The notes under the pieces: generated by a model
Told to the model about the DNA's origin: nothing
Databases searched by the model: none
Seen by the model: only the letters and a program-made list of their open reading frames with translations
Made by a program: the position numbers and the translations under genes
Shown: one piece after another, positions 1 through 10,123 of the stretch
Layout: each line of letters begins with the position of its first letter
How positions within the stretch are numbered: position 1 is the stretch's first letter
Source of the DNA: a virus
Strand: one strand, 5' to 3'
Virus genome (UHGV): UHGV-0125936
Length of the DNA: 35,354 nt

Positions 1-3000
1 AACCGTAGTTCTCAAACGTACCGCCCTTATCCAGCCTCCACCCGACTGAGCCAGCGACATAGTTATTGGACTGGATGTAGTTGCCGATCTTGGCGTTGCT
101 GATGGTGCCATCACCTATCAGCGCGTCTCTGATGAACACCTGCCCGTTCTGAATAACGAAAGGAAGGGTCACCGTGGCTCCGGCCTGGTGCGTTACGGCG
201 AAGCGGTCAGCCAGGAAGATGACCTGTGACTGCATGCCGGATGGCGTGTTCTCGACGCCGATCCCCATCCCTGCGGCGTAATACTGTCCATTGCTGGCGA
301 CGCCAACCTTGATGTTATACATCGCTTTCAGATCACCATTAACGTTCGCTATGGCCTGAGCGTTGGTTGTGATGGCTGATGTGTGTCCGTTGACGGTCGC
401 CGTGATACCGTTTATCTGCGTGGCCGTGGCCTGCTGATAATCGGAGAACGTCTGGTTCAGGCTGTTGATGGATGCCTTGTTGCCGTTCACGTCAGTCTGC
501 AAACTCAGTAGCGAACGCGCCGTTGCCTCCTTCTCGTTGACGATCACCTCATCAATGCGGTCCAGCTGCGCGCTGTTACCGGCGACGGATGCAGACAGCG
601 TTTTGCGCGCGGCCACCTGCGCCAGGTTGCCCTGAATAATCGCGATAGCGGAGTTCTTCACTCCCCCCGTCATGCCGTCCACAGACACGCTGATATTATC
701 GATACGCTGACCCAGTGCGGTATCAGCAGTCGCCACTGTCTGCTCAAGTTCGTTCAGAGAAGAAGACACATCTCCGACCGTGCTCGACAGGTTTGTAACG
801 CTGGTCTGAACCTTCCCGATATCCTGGGCGTTTTTGGCGATTTCCTGCGCCTGTTGCGCCAGTTCGTCGTTGGCCTGTTTGATGTCGTCAGCCATGCCAG
901 CAATTTTTTCATTGCTGTCTACCGCGTTCTCGATCAGGTCTTTGAACGTATCGGAGCCTTTCATGTCCTCCAGGATTGCATCGGTGATGTCGGATACATC
1001 GATGCTGGCCTGCCCGCGCACAAAGTCTGTATACCCTGACTCGTTTCCGCTGCGGTCCACCAGCTGCGCGCGGTACCAGAAAATTTGCCCTGCCTTAAGG
1101 CCCATCTGCTGATACTTGCGCTGCGGATAGGGTACGTCTGCCAGCAGCATCGCATCGTCTTCCGTCCCGGTCAGGCTGTACTGAATTTCCGTCTTCAGCG
1201 TGTCGTCGGTGTTCGCCGGGAATCCCCAGCTCAGCTCGATACCGAAAACCACATTATCAGAAGCGATGAAGCCGACCGGTTTCGGCGGATTGCCCACTTT
1301 ACCCGTAAGATTTACTTCTGATGATGTCGCCCATACTGATGAAACGTCGCTGGCGTTCACCGCCCTGACACGGACCAGATAGCGACCCGAGTAGATGCCC
1401 TGCACTTCAAAGCCGAGAGAAGACGTTCGGGGCACACTAATCCAGTTGCCGCTGTCACGCCGCCATTCCGCCTCGTAAGCAACTGCACCCTGAACAGAAT
1501 CCCAGGCAACGCGCATAGTGGTAATCGCAATGTTCTGGTTAACCGTAGAGTAACTGTCTACGACAATATTTCCTGGGGGAGCCTGAACCCCTGGCGGAAT
1601 GACACTGACTGGCCGCTCGTCCAGTCTTGCGCCGGTATCAACAGCGGAATAGATATCAGGGTTGTAAGTCGTCCCGGTGACCTCGAAAGTACCGTCGTTG
1701 TTGTCCCGCGTTCCCGTAACACGGAAAAGCGCTATAAACAGATCGTCAGAGTCCACACCCCAGTTACATTCAGCCTCCGGCGTTTCGCTGTAGGGTGTGG
1801 TGACAGTGACTGTGTTTCCGTTAACGGCCTGGACCGTTCTGGCCTGAGCTGTGCCTGACGGAAGATTCAAAAACAGCCGGTTCCCGGCCTTCACATCAGC
1901 GGCTCGATCGAGGGTTATGTTGCGGCCGTTAACCGCACTCACCCTGCCACCGATAGTTCTTCCGGCCAGCTCGTTAGCTGCCACGCCGATCACCTCACCA
2001 ACGGGGGGAACGTCCATGCCCGTGCTGAAGGTCACCACCTCGCCGATACCGTTAGTGAGCAGCGCCCAGCGCCCCCGCCGGTTTGCCTCTGACTGCCTGG
2101 TGCAGCCGATCGCAGTCATTTCGAGCTGACGATAATCGAAGCGCATGGCCAGATCGTTATCGTAAACAGGCTCAGGCGTGTCTTTATAGTGGTTGGCTGG
2201 GTCTGACCAGTTCACCAGCGCGGCAGTGTTTCGGGTGGTTTCACTCGGATCCGCAAAGGTAAATTTTCCTTCAACAACGCTGGCGTGGTTATAGATGTGC
2301 CACACATCCCGTGGCATATCAGCCAGGACATACATCTTATTGTCGCCCCAGTACGTCATGCCGCGAAATATACCCGCCAGGTCACGAAGTACGGTCCAGG
2401 CGTCATTACGGTCCTGGATATAAACGTTGCAACGAAAACGAGGCTCCGTCCCGCTGCCGCCCTTGCCGTCTGGTACCAGTTGATCGCAATACTGGGCGAT
2501 GCGATAAAGTTCCCATTTGTCTATCTGAGTCGCATCGATTCTTTGACCCAGCCCGAAGCGCTCGTTCAGAATGATGTCGTAATAAATCCAGGCAGGGTTA
2601 TCCGTCCACGCCCATTTAAATACGCCCTCCCATGTACCAGAATAAGTGCGGGTTTCGGGATCATAAGTATCAGGTACACGGATGATTCGCCCTTTCGGAT
2701 TGCACACAACCTGAGGAATGCCATTAGGGAACTGCTTTGCGTCAAACTCTACATACAGCAGCGCTGTGTTAACGTAGCGAAGTTTGGCGTCAATAATTTC
2801 AGTAACGGCCACAACGCGCATGGTGTCGACGATATTCACGCTCGTGGAATCCGGCGTGATTCTGCGAACCCGCAACTGCCATCCAGTCGAGGCTTTCGGA
2901 AGATTGACGCGGTGACTGCGCTCATAAAGCGACGTGGTTTTGTCATCAACAGCACCGTTAACCACCGTTTCATACGGCCCGCCATCGACCGACAGATCGA

Positions 3001-3451
3001 TAGCATACTCGACGCGGGTGCCGACTTTATCACCGTTGTTTTTCTGGAGTAAAAGAGTTGGCCATCCCAGGCGAATTCGCAGCGCAGAGAGCTGCGTGTT
3101 GGATACCGCCCGAACATACGGCACAGCCTGTTTCAGCTCGTATGAAACCTGAAGTTCGTTTTCAATGCCGGGGAAGCCCTGAATGTAGTCCTGGTCCTGA
3201 GTACCGGAACGGAACTCATATTTCACATTATTGAAGTTATAACTTCCGTCGGCGTTCTGAAGAGGCGTGTACGAAGATGAGTCACCAAGAAAAATGTTTT
3301 TACCATCAAGCCCGCCAGCGAACTCACCCTCTCCAAGCGCAATCAGCACCTTTGCCCTTGCAATGGACTGAATGCTGTCCGGTGCTTCAACGGGTGTTCG
3401 GGTCTGATTGCTGCCACCTTTACCGCGGCCTTTGATGATCGTCGTCGTCAT
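1..3451 (-). CDS. J: Host specificity / central tail fibre protein J (partial; C-terminus beyond window)
   Basis: Open frame from ATG at 3451 to window edge (MTTTIIKGRG...); segments such as GTWEGVFKWAWTDNPAWIYYDI...YRIAQYCDQLVPDGKGGSGTEPRF resemble lambda J as recalled; follows I/K/L/M homologs. Confidence 0.85.
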   Translation of the reverse strand, partial: MTTTIIKGRGKGGSNQTRTPVEAPDSIQSIARAKVLIALGEGEFAGGLDGKNIFLGDSSSYTPLQNADGSYNFNNVKYEFRSGTQDQDYIQGFPGIENELQVSYELKQAVPYVRAVSNTQLSALRIRLGWPTLLLQKNNGDKVGTRVEYAIDLSVDGGPYETVVNGAVDDKTTSLYERSHRVNLPKASTGWQLRVRRITPDSTSVNIVDTMRVVAVTEIIDAKLRYVNTALLYVEFDAKQFPNGIPQVVCNPKGRIIRVPDTYDPETRTYSGTWEGVFKWAWTDNPAWIYYDIILNERFGLGQRIDATQIDKWELYRIAQYCDQLVPDGKGGSGTEPRFRCNVYIQDRNDAWTVLRDLAGIFRGMTYWGDNKMYVLADMPRDVWHIYNHASVVEGKFTFADPSETTRNTAALVNWSDPANHYKDTPEPVYDNDLAMRFDYRQLEMTAIGCTRQSEANRRGRWALLTNGIGEVVTFSTGMDVPPVGEVIGVAANELAGRTIGGRVSAVNGRNITLDRAADVKAGNRLFLNLPSGTAQARTVQAVNGNTVTVTTPYSETPEAECNWGVDSDDLFIALFRVTGTRDNNDGTFEVTGTTYNPDIYSAVDTGARLDERPVSVIPPGVQAPPGNIVVDSYSTVNQNIAITTMRVAWDSVQGAVAYEAEWRRDSGNWISVPRTSSLGFEVQGIYSGRYLVRVRAVNASDVSSVWATSSEVNLTGKVGNPPKPVGFIASDNVVFGIELSWGFPANTDDTLKTEIQYSLTGTEDDAMLLADVPYPQRKYQQMGLKAGQIFWYRAQLVDRSGNESGYTDFVRGQASIDVSDITDAILEDMKGSDTFKDLIENAVDSNEKIAGMADDIKQANDELAQQAQEIAKNAQDIGKVQTSVTNLSSTVGDVSSSLNELEQTVATADTALGQRIDNISVSVDGMTGGVKNSAIAIIQGNLAQVAARKTLSASVAGNSAQLDRIDEVIVNEKEATARSLLSLQTDVNGNKASINSLNQTFSDYQQATATQINGITATVNGHTSAITTNAQAIANVNGDLKAMYNIKVGVASNGQYYAAGMGIGVENTPSGMQSQVIFLADRFAVTHQAGATVTLPFVIQNGQVFIRDALIGDGTISNAKIGNYIQSNNYVAGSVGWRLDKGGTFENYG

Positions 3452-3467
3452 ATCGCGTCCATAAAAG

Positions 3468-3487
3468 AAGCCACCGTCAGGTGGCTT
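3468..3487 (-). terminator. Terminator-like 8-bp hairpin (aagccacc/ggtggctt) followed by U-rich tract, between I and J
   Basis: Inverted repeat read directly; on - strand followed by CUUUUA. Confidence 0.35.
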
Positions 3488-3504
3488 GAAATGGGTAGTT
3501 TGGT

Positions 3505-4092
3505 TTATTGCTGATCTTCTGCATAAATCCCGGCTGAGATAATCGCACCGCCTATTTCCCTCTGTCCGTAAAGCAAAGGAACGGGGTTACCGGATGCCGT
3601 AGTATTGACGGGTCCGCCAAACGCATAGGAAGGCTTATTATCTGGGTCCTGTCGCATCCTCAGACCAGCAACCTGAGGGGAAAGCATTTGCACTACACCA
3701 CCCACAGCCATAGAACCAGCTGCGGCATATAGCGCCATTTGTGTACCTGCTGCCCATCCTATTGGGTTCCACCAGGTAAAAGCCGCAATTGCGGCGGCAG
3801 TAACAATTTGAAAGAGGCCAGCCCTTTTACTGCCGCGTATTACAGGGATAATGCGAAGTTCATCGCCAGGTCCAAGAAGATCAAACTCTTCCTTTCCTAT
3901 GTTTATTTGGTTTCGGAAGATGACAAAGTCCAGCCCCTTCGCTCTGGTCTCACGCAGGTAGGCATCAAATCCATCAATTGTGTTAGATAGCGCCCTGAAT
4001 ACCTCACTGGCAGACGTTAACGCGCGGCGGTGGGTCCTGCCAAATCGCTGAGCCATTGAACCACTGAGTTTAATGACGGTTTTTCTTTCCAT
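3505..4092 (-). CDS. I: Tail assembly protein I-like
   Basis: 195 aa; position between K and J; hydrophobic Gly/Ala-rich C-terminal half typical of gpI. Confidence 0.7.
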   Translation of the reverse strand: MERKTVIKLSGSMAQRFGRTHRRALTSASEVFRALSNTIDGFDAYLRETRAKGLDFVIFRNQINIGKEEFDLLGPGDELRIIPVIRGSKRAGLFQIVTAAAIAAFTWWNPIGWAAGTQMALYAAAGSMAVGGVVQMLSPQVAGLRMRQDPDNKPSYAFGGPVNTTASGNPVPLLYGQREIGGAIISAGIYAEDQQ

Positions 4093-4802
4093 TACATCAA
4101 ATCCTTATAGCGCAGAATTTTGATGGTACGGTCACGATAATAGCCACCGTATGGAATGCGCTGACTTAGCTGGCCATACATGTGGTGAAGGAGCACATTA
4201 CCCTCAAGCAAAATACCCGCGTGGTTTGGGACTGCGGACTGTACCTGCATGATCACCATGTCACCTGGCTGGGAAGGCCCGTCGAACTCCCTGAATCCAC
4301 ACTCATACCAGTTGTCCATGTAGAGGTTTTCGCCCTGCTCCCACCAGTGACGATCCACGCTGTAATTCGGTAACGTAATACCGTGCTCAGTACGGAAGTA
4401 ATCCATGATGAGAGACCAGCAGTCGGCGTGACCGAGCACAAACTGGCGACCAGTTAACGGGCGATCACCACGAGGCATGACGGTACGAATATCCCCTTCA
4501 GGCCAGGATGCAATTACCCAGGGCAATTCAGTGGCATCGCACATCAGCATGTCGAGTTCACTGGGCTGGGTTGTCGCGCCGTCACCAGGATGGCTGTGCA
4601 CGATAGCAACTACTGTGCCCTGCTCTTCAGCCGCTGCATAATCTTCAGGAGACAATTCAAACTGCTCAGTCGGGGATTCAGCCTGATTTCTGCAAGGGAT
4701 GTATTTCTCTACTCGCCCCTTCTGTATGACAACGCCACAGCATTCGTCTGGACACGATGCGGCCGCGTGCGCCAGTATGGCGCTGACTGTTTTGTCGCGC
4801 AT
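4092..4802 (-). CDS. K: Tail assembly protein K-like (JAMM/MPN + NlpC/P60 domains)
   Basis: VVAIVHSHPG...SELD JAMM-like motif; C-terminal NlpC/P60-like region with Cys/His; start overlaps L stop. Confidence 0.8.
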   Translation of the reverse strand: MRDKTVSAILAHAAASCPDECCGVVIQKGRVEKYIPCRNQAESPTEQFELSPEDYAAAEEQGTVVAIVHSHPGDGATTQPSELDMLMCDATELPWVIASWPEGDIRTVMPRGDRPLTGRQFVLGHADCWSLIMDYFRTEHGITLPNYSVDRHWWEQGENLYMDNWYECGFREFDGPSQPGDMVIMQVQSAVPNHAGILLEGNVLLHHMYGQLSQRIPYGGYYRDRTIKILRYKDLM

Positions 4803-4804
4803 GA

Positions 4805-5563
4805 TTATCCTCTCAGAAGTGAAGCGCCGGGGAACCCGCCATAATCCAGCTGTTCATTCTCTCCGAAGCGAGGTTTACAGCCCGTTGACAGCAATCCGGA
4901 GCAAACATCCTGTGAAGGATCGTCCACCCGATTGCCGTCTTTATCGAACCAGCCGTTTTGCCCGGCGTAGGTGCAGCCGTTCCCCGTTTTGTACCAGCCC
5001 CGCATGCACCACGTGCACATTGGCTGAATTTGCCGGGTCGGAATGAGTTGCCCGCGCAAATCGGCTGGACTGGAAAGCTCAAACTCTACGGTTTCATCGT
5101 CTGATCCTGATTTACGGTCGATGTAATAAACCTGTTTGCGCTCCTCGTTGGGATTTGCAGTCGGATTCCCGTCAGGAAAATTTCTTGCGTCCAGATAGTG
5201 GGCGAAAGTGTCATGGATGATCACCTTTGCTTTAGCCATCCCCTGAAATCTTCGGCACAGTGCGCCAATCGTGCCGCTGATGTTTGCCACGGTGAGAGAC
5301 GGCCGTGAACTCTGCCCGTCACTGCTGACAGATATGCCGGTCAGTTCATACGGCCACGCGCCATACTCCTGCCCCTGCCACCACACCGACTTCGGCTCAA
5401 GTTTTGACTCGTCGCCGCCTGCGGCGATGATTTCCGCCTCGGTATGCGGGATTGTCTCGTTGTGAAAGCGAAGAATACCGGCACCGAAAGCTGAGCCGTC
5501 CACCTCGATCAGGCGGACGCGCTTACCCGGCTCCAGTTTCTGGACATCAGATGAAATGCTCAT
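4805..5563 (-). CDS. L: Tail tip protein L-like
   Basis: C-terminal Cys cluster (CTWCMRGW...CTYAG...CSGLLSTGC); start chosen at MSISSDV (ATG 5563), overlapping M stop as ATGA; ORF track start 5647 has no better support. Confidence 0.75.
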   Translation of the reverse strand: MSISSDVQKLEPGKRVRLIEVDGSAFGAGILRFHNETIPHTEAEIIAAGGDESKLEPKSVWWQGQEYGAWPYELTGISVSSDGQSSRPSLTVANISGTIGALCRRFQGMAKAKVIIHDTFAHYLDARNFPDGNPTANPNEERKQVYYIDRKSGSDDETVEFELSSPADLRGQLIPTRQIQPMCTWCMRGWYKTGNGCTYAGQNGWFDKDGNRVDDPSQDVCSGLLSTGCKPRFGENEQLDYGGFPGASLLRG

Positions 5564-5898
5564 GGATGGTATGCCTGTATGAATGTGCTGCTGAGGGTGT
5601 ATTTTTTGTTGCCGTGGGTAGATATCTGGAAGGATTCCGCGCGCCATAAACCTGAAGGCTCAAGCGGCGGCTTCCAGATAAATGACTTCCACCCGGCATT
5701 TCTGTTCAGAAAGTTTTTAATGGCCTGAATGTAAGCCTCGTCGCCGGTAAAGCTCACGCTCCACTGAGGTGTTACCGGGTTGATGCCGTCCCCGGCCACC
5801 TGTGTATAGCCATCGCCAAACTGCGCCTTTCGGGTACGAAAACTTGTATCAACCTGAGAGGCAACCTTTGGGCACCAGCTGAAGGTTTCGACTGCCAT
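5560..5898 (-). CDS. M: Tail tip protein M-like
   Basis: RFGDGY and GWKSF motifs as in lambda gpM; RBS AAGGGAG 7 nt upstream of ATG 5898. Confidence 0.75.
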   Translation of the reverse strand: MAVETFSWCPKVASQVDTSFRTRKAQFGDGYTQVAGDGINPVTPQWSVSFTGDEAYIQAIKNFLNRNAGWKSFIWKPPLEPSGLWRAESFQISTHGNKKYTLSSTFIQAYHP

Positions 5899-5900
5899 GG

Positions 5901-8900
5901 TTAAACTCCCTTGATTAATCGCCACAGAGGCGAGCCCGGCATGCTGGCCTGTTCGTTAATGACGCCAGTGATGGCATCTTTCAGTTGTCTGCCAGCGGCG
6001 CCGGCGGTTCCCTGACTTGCTGCCTGTGGTGATCCACCCTGAATATTGATATCGCCGAAGTTAACTGAAGGCACACCGCCGGAGACCTGCGGAGTACCAA
6101 CTGCCCGAACGCCCAGCGAACCATCAGCGGCGCGCGTAAGCGGCATAATGGCTTCCGGACCAGCCTCGGCAAAAACGCCTGCGCCTTTGGCAAAAGCAAA
6201 CAGCTGAGGCGTCTGAAAAACGCCATTGCTGTAAGCGCTCAGGGACGGAGAGTCGTAAACATTACCCTTCGCATTAAAGGTAAAGTTCGCGCCGGCATTC
6301 TGAATAGCGGTACCGCTGCTGGCGGTTGCGGCTGACGAGGCGCCAAAACTGAACAGTGATCCAATTGAGCTGACGCCATTAGCAACAGCCATATTCACCA
6401 GGACGTTCTGGATAATCTTCAGTACGCTGACGCCCCAGTCCTTCCAGCTGTCAACGTTGCCATTGAGCATGTCGGTGATCGTGGTGACCGCGCCACCCAT
6501 GGCCTGCTTCATGCCGTCAGCGGCCATGGAAGAATAATCAGTAGCTTCGTCCACCCAGTTCGCATAACCCTCAGACAGTCCCGTCATCCAGTCGTCACGC
6601 TGCGCATCAGAAGCTGCGTAATATCCCTCCTGGTCGAGCAGGCGCTCTTCGAGGTAGCGCTTATTAAGTGCCAGCCCCTGCTGATAGAACGTCTCGTCGA
6701 TTTCACCAGCCTGACGCTGGCGGAGAAGATCGGTATTCTTCTGCTCAAACTCCTTACGCAGATTGAACTGCTCCTGAAGTCTTTCACGGAACCTGGTTCC
6801 CTGCCCGTATCCCAGCAGTTGCGCTTCATTGGCTGCGCGGGCGCTGGCGTTACTGTCGGCAAGGTTGGCTTCGTAATTTCGCAGTTGCTCACGTAATTTA
6901 ACCTGGTCAATCAGCGTAGCATTCTGCAATACCGTCTTTTTCTGGGCTTCTGTCAGAGAAGCAAGTTCGCCCTGGCTGACCTGGTATTTAACCTTCGCCA
7001 GTTCAGTATTCTGGCCTTGCAGGGCAATCTGCTCTTTTTGCTGTTTGATCAGCTTGTCATAGGCATCAGCTGTTTTTTCCGCCTCGGATTTCCCGCCCTT
7101 ATGGCGGCTTGAGTCACGAATAGCTTGCAACTGCCTGGCTGACTCAACTTCCATGCTGACATACTTCTCACGCCAACCAGCAGGGAGATTAAGGTCAGAT
7201 GCATCGAATTCCGCCTGCTTGCGGGTTTTGTCCAATCCCTTAAGACCGGACAACTCAAGCTGTCGCTGCGCCTTGTCTATAGCTTGCTGCTGCTTATTAT
7301 CAAGTGCAGGAAGTACAGGCCCTGCATATTTTGGTGGGGACACTGCTGTAGACTGTCTGGAAACCTTGTTCAGACGGTCATACATCTCTGTAAGAGAACT
7401 TACGGCGCCAGCCATTTCTACTGTTTTATTTATAGCCTGATCAGTTATGTCGTTTATTAACTGTTGTGTTTGCTTTCTTTTATTGAGCATTTGCTCAAGT
7501 CGGCCTTCTTCAACCGCAAGTTCTGAAGCAAACTCTGCTGCTTTCTCAACCGCATCGTTATACAGCCATGTTCCCTCTGAAGCAGAATTGGCTGCTAATT
7601 TTGCGTTATAAAGTTGATTGGATAATTCAGCAACTTTCTGCTTCTGCTGTTCAATCGCACTATTTTGAGCATCCAGTGAAATATTCGCCTGTCCAAGGTT
7701 GGCGGATATCTGCGTCTGAGACATTGATTTCAGATTATCTCGTACCTGCTCGATTGTGTCCGCATATTGGATTGCAGATTCCCTGGCTTGTTCTTGGCGT
7801 TGATACATCATGTACCACGCCCCAGCACCCAACATTAAAATTCCTGGCAAACCACCAACTAACGACAAAAGCCCCGTAGCGCCAGACTTGAATAAATTCA
7901 TTACCGATGTTGATCGGTTGAGTGCTTCTTGCGACGCTGATACTGCTTTATTTGACTGAACGAGAGTGGCATTGGCGGCTATCATTTCGCGCCGTTTGGC
8001 AATAGAATTTTGTGTAGCTGTCGCTTCTGCATTTGTGTTTTTTGCAAGTTCCAACTCGGATAGCGAGAGCTGATAAGCACGCTCGGCAGCAATCGCATCT
8101 GCTGCCGCCTTTCGTTGTGATTGGGTAGCAGATTCAGCCCTTGCAGATGCGAGCGCAATTTCGTTCTTTCTGGCATCTATTAATTGCGCCGTTTGGTTCC
8201 CAAGATCGCCAAACATCCCTCCAAGATAGCGAGCTCCACCTATTGCAGCCAAAGCTCCGGCAGCCGTAGCCACAGTGTCGATATTGTCAGAAACTGTATT
8301 CAATACAGCAACAAGAGCACTTGTCGCACCAGTAGCTTCATTAGCTCCACCTACCCATGCCATGAAAGCATTTTCGACTTTCGTCGTGGCAGCAGAAACG
8401 GTCTGCGGCATTGCCTCAAATTCACCACGCATAGTGCCAAGTTGACTTATCAGGGCCGGGACAACTTTATCTGCGGTTAGCATCCCCTGATCGGCCATTG
8501 CCTTCAGATCTTTACGAGCTACACCCATCCCAGCGGCCAGCGCACGGATAACTCGATCACCGTTTTCGTTAACAGAGTTGAATTCCTCGCCCCGCAGAAC
8601 GCCCTGAGCTAATGCCTGACTAAACTGGGTGATAACAGAACTTGCCTCTGCCGTGCTGGCGCCGGATAGCTTTAGTCCAGTAGAAATGGCCTCGGTTACA
8701 TCCAGAACTTGCTGCGAACTGTATCCGTATTCACGCATTGATGCGGCGGAACGCGCAAAAAGACTCGCATTATCAGAGAAGGCGGTTCCGGTTCGTTGGC
8801 TAATATCCATCAGCGCCCGCTGAGACTCCGTGAAATCATCAGACGATTGGGAAGCCTGCTTTAGCCTGGCATTAACAGAGCTCCATTCATCGGCCAGCGA

Positions 8901-9167
8901 TATAAGATGACCAGTCGCAAATGCTCCAGCAAATGCACCTGCCATTCCCAGCGCTGAGGCCTTCGCGGTGTTTATTTGACTAGTTACCTCAGCTAAGGCA
9001 CGCTGAGTTTCACGCGAAGCTGCGGCCGCTTGGCGTCCTCCAGTCTGCATTACCCGGTAATAGTCATTCCCCATTCTTGAAGCACGAGAAATTTCAGACT
9101 GAAATGACTGAGAGTTTGCAGATATTTTGATGATCAGTTCGCGCAACGTAGCCATATTTTCACCCAT
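5901..9167 (-). CDS. H: Tail tape measure protein
   Basis: 1088 aa, Ala/Gln-rich coiled-coil-like sequence, located between chaperone G/T and M; alternative start at 9155 (MATLREL). Confidence 0.9.
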   Translation of the reverse strand: MGENMATLRELIIKISANSQSFQSEISRASRMGNDYYRVMQTGGRQAAAASRETQRALAEVTSQINTAKASALGMAGAFAGAFATGHLISLADEWSSVNARLKQASQSSDDFTESQRALMDISQRTGTAFSDNASLFARSAASMREYGYSSQQVLDVTEAISTGLKLSGASTAEASSVITQFSQALAQGVLRGEEFNSVNENGDRVIRALAAGMGVARKDLKAMADQGMLTADKVVPALISQLGTMRGEFEAMPQTVSAATTKVENAFMAWVGGANEATGATSALVAVLNTVSDNIDTVATAAGALAAIGGARYLGGMFGDLGNQTAQLIDARKNEIALASARAESATQSQRKAAADAIAAERAYQLSLSELELAKNTNAEATATQNSIAKRREMIAANATLVQSNKAVSASQEALNRSTSVMNLFKSGATGLLSLVGGLPGILMLGAGAWYMMYQRQEQARESAIQYADTIEQVRDNLKSMSQTQISANLGQANISLDAQNSAIEQQKQKVAELSNQLYNAKLAANSASEGTWLYNDAVEKAAEFASELAVEEGRLEQMLNKRKQTQQLINDITDQAINKTVEMAGAVSSLTEMYDRLNKVSRQSTAVSPPKYAGPVLPALDNKQQQAIDKAQRQLELSGLKGLDKTRKQAEFDASDLNLPAGWREKYVSMEVESARQLQAIRDSSRHKGGKSEAEKTADAYDKLIKQQKEQIALQGQNTELAKVKYQVSQGELASLTEAQKKTVLQNATLIDQVKLREQLRNYEANLADSNASARAANEAQLLGYGQGTRFRERLQEQFNLRKEFEQKNTDLLRQRQAGEIDETFYQQGLALNKRYLEERLLDQEGYYAASDAQRDDWMTGLSEGYANWVDEATDYSSMAADGMKQAMGGAVTTITDMLNGNVDSWKDWGVSVLKIIQNVLVNMAVANGVSSIGSLFSFGASSAATASSGTAIQNAGANFTFNAKGNVYDSPSLSAYSNGVFQTPQLFAFAKGAGVFAEAGPEAIMPLTRAADGSLGVRAVGTPQVSGGVPSVNFGDINIQGGSPQAASQGTAGAAGRQLKDAITGVINEQASMPGSPLWRLIKGV

Positions 9168-9192
9168 AAAAAAAACCCGCTTGATAGCGGGT
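9168..9192 (-). terminator. Rho-independent terminator downstream of the small moron gene, immediately upstream of tape measure start
   Basis: 6-bp perfect stem acccgc/gcgggt with 6-nt loop, followed on - strand by an 8-U tract. Confidence 0.6.
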
Positions 9193-9198
9193 CGTGAG

Positions 9199-9387
9199 TT
9201 ATAAACTGTCTTTTCTTTTGTGAGCGACTTGTATTAATAAATCTATTTGCGCATCTTGTTTTTTATTTATCTCTTTAAGGGCTTCAACTTGTTCATTTGC
9301 CCTTGTGCTAAACCGTATTACATAAAAAATCACAATTAGATTTATCAACCAGCCGAATATTCCAAACACTACTACCAGTGGTTCCAT
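9199..9387 (-). CDS. Small single-pass membrane protein, YebO / HK97 gp15-like moron (candidate superinfection exclusion)
   Basis: 62 aa from ATG 9387 with RBS AAGGAGG; N-terminal hydrophobic helix (VVVFGIFGWLINLIVIFYVI) then RANEQVEALKE...; AT-rich; sits between G/T and tape measure where HK97 gene 15 lies. Confidence 0.55.
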   Translation of the reverse strand: MEPLVVVFGIFGWLINLIVIFYVIRFSTRANEQVEALKEINKKQDAQIDLLIQVAHKRKDSL

Positions 9388-9444
9388 AACGCCTCCTTTT
9401 CTTAAGGAAAGAGCGTATCGCCACATTGATGACATGTGAAGCAA

Positions 9445-9723
9445 TTATTGTGTCGCAGCTGTTAGCGCCGCTTCAAGCCCTGCAAACGGGTCATTCGGTT
9501 CTGATTGCTCCTCACCACCCCAGCGCAGGATCGCATCGTCCAGCGGTACTTTTGCCCCCTGCGAACCGTAGATGGCAGAGACGATCTGGGCGGCCTGAAT
9601 GTCACCGCGAATATCGCCAACCGGACTTTGCCTGTCGTACTCAATCCACATCAGAAGCTCGCTTGCCGTCATATTCTGCCGAAGCTCTGAGAGCGTGCGC
9701 CCCATCCGGAGCGCAAGCGACAT
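9445..9723 (-). CDS. T: T segment of the G-T tail assembly chaperone (expressed by -1 frameshift from G; no independent start assumed)
   Basis: ORF open in -1 frame relative to G from about 22 codons upstream of G stop; GGGAAAAG heptamer-like motif 18 nt before G stop. Confidence 0.55.
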   Translation of the reverse strand: MSLALRMGRTLSELRQNMTASELLMWIEYDRQSPVGDIRGDIQAAQIVSAIYGSQGAKVPLDDAILRWGGEEQSEPNDPFAGLEAALTAATQ

Positions 9724-9731
9724 CAGAAACT

Positions 9732-10115
9732 TTACGCCGGGGGTTGAGACTTTTCCCGCGCTTCGTCCGCGTTGTTGATCAGGTCAAGCGCCTGTTTGAG
9801 CAGGCGTGAATGGACGGGGCCGTAGATTTCACGCACCTGCTCTTCTTCGTCTACGCTGAATACCGGTTGCTTATCGGTGTCGCACAGGACGTCAATGAAG
9901 AGCACCACGTCAGCGCAAAGATTACGGTGTGCCTTTTCCGATACCGACACATTTTCATCATCAGCACCCGCTTTCACCACCTCCTGCCAGCGCAGCCAGG
10001 CTTCTCCAGACGGCTCACGGAGAACCACTTTGACGCCTTCCCACTCAGGAACGGCGACCATCTTATGACGAAATCCCGACATCTTAGCCAGGGCGAGATT
10101 TTTAATATTCTTCAT
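9732..10115 (-). CDS. G: Tail assembly chaperone G
   Basis: 127 aa acidic protein directly downstream of major tail gene and upstream of overlapping T frame. Confidence 0.7.
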   Translation of the reverse strand: MKNIKNLALAKMSGFRHKMVAVPEWEGVKVVLREPSGEAWLRWQEVVKAGADDENVSVSEKAHRNLCADVVLFIDVLCDTDKQPVFSVDEEEQVREIYGPVHSRLLKQALDLINNADEAREKSQPPA

Positions 10116-10123
10116 GCGACCTC

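Noticed and set aside
2285-3052. 255-aa + strand ORF, and other + strand ORFs at 834-1321 and 1851-2129
   Set aside because: They lie antisense within the continuous - strand J reading frame; no RBS or motifs; typical shadow ORFs
9426-9809. 127-aa + strand ORF across the G/T junction
   Set aside because: Antisense to the G and T frames; Arg/Pro-rich shadow ORF
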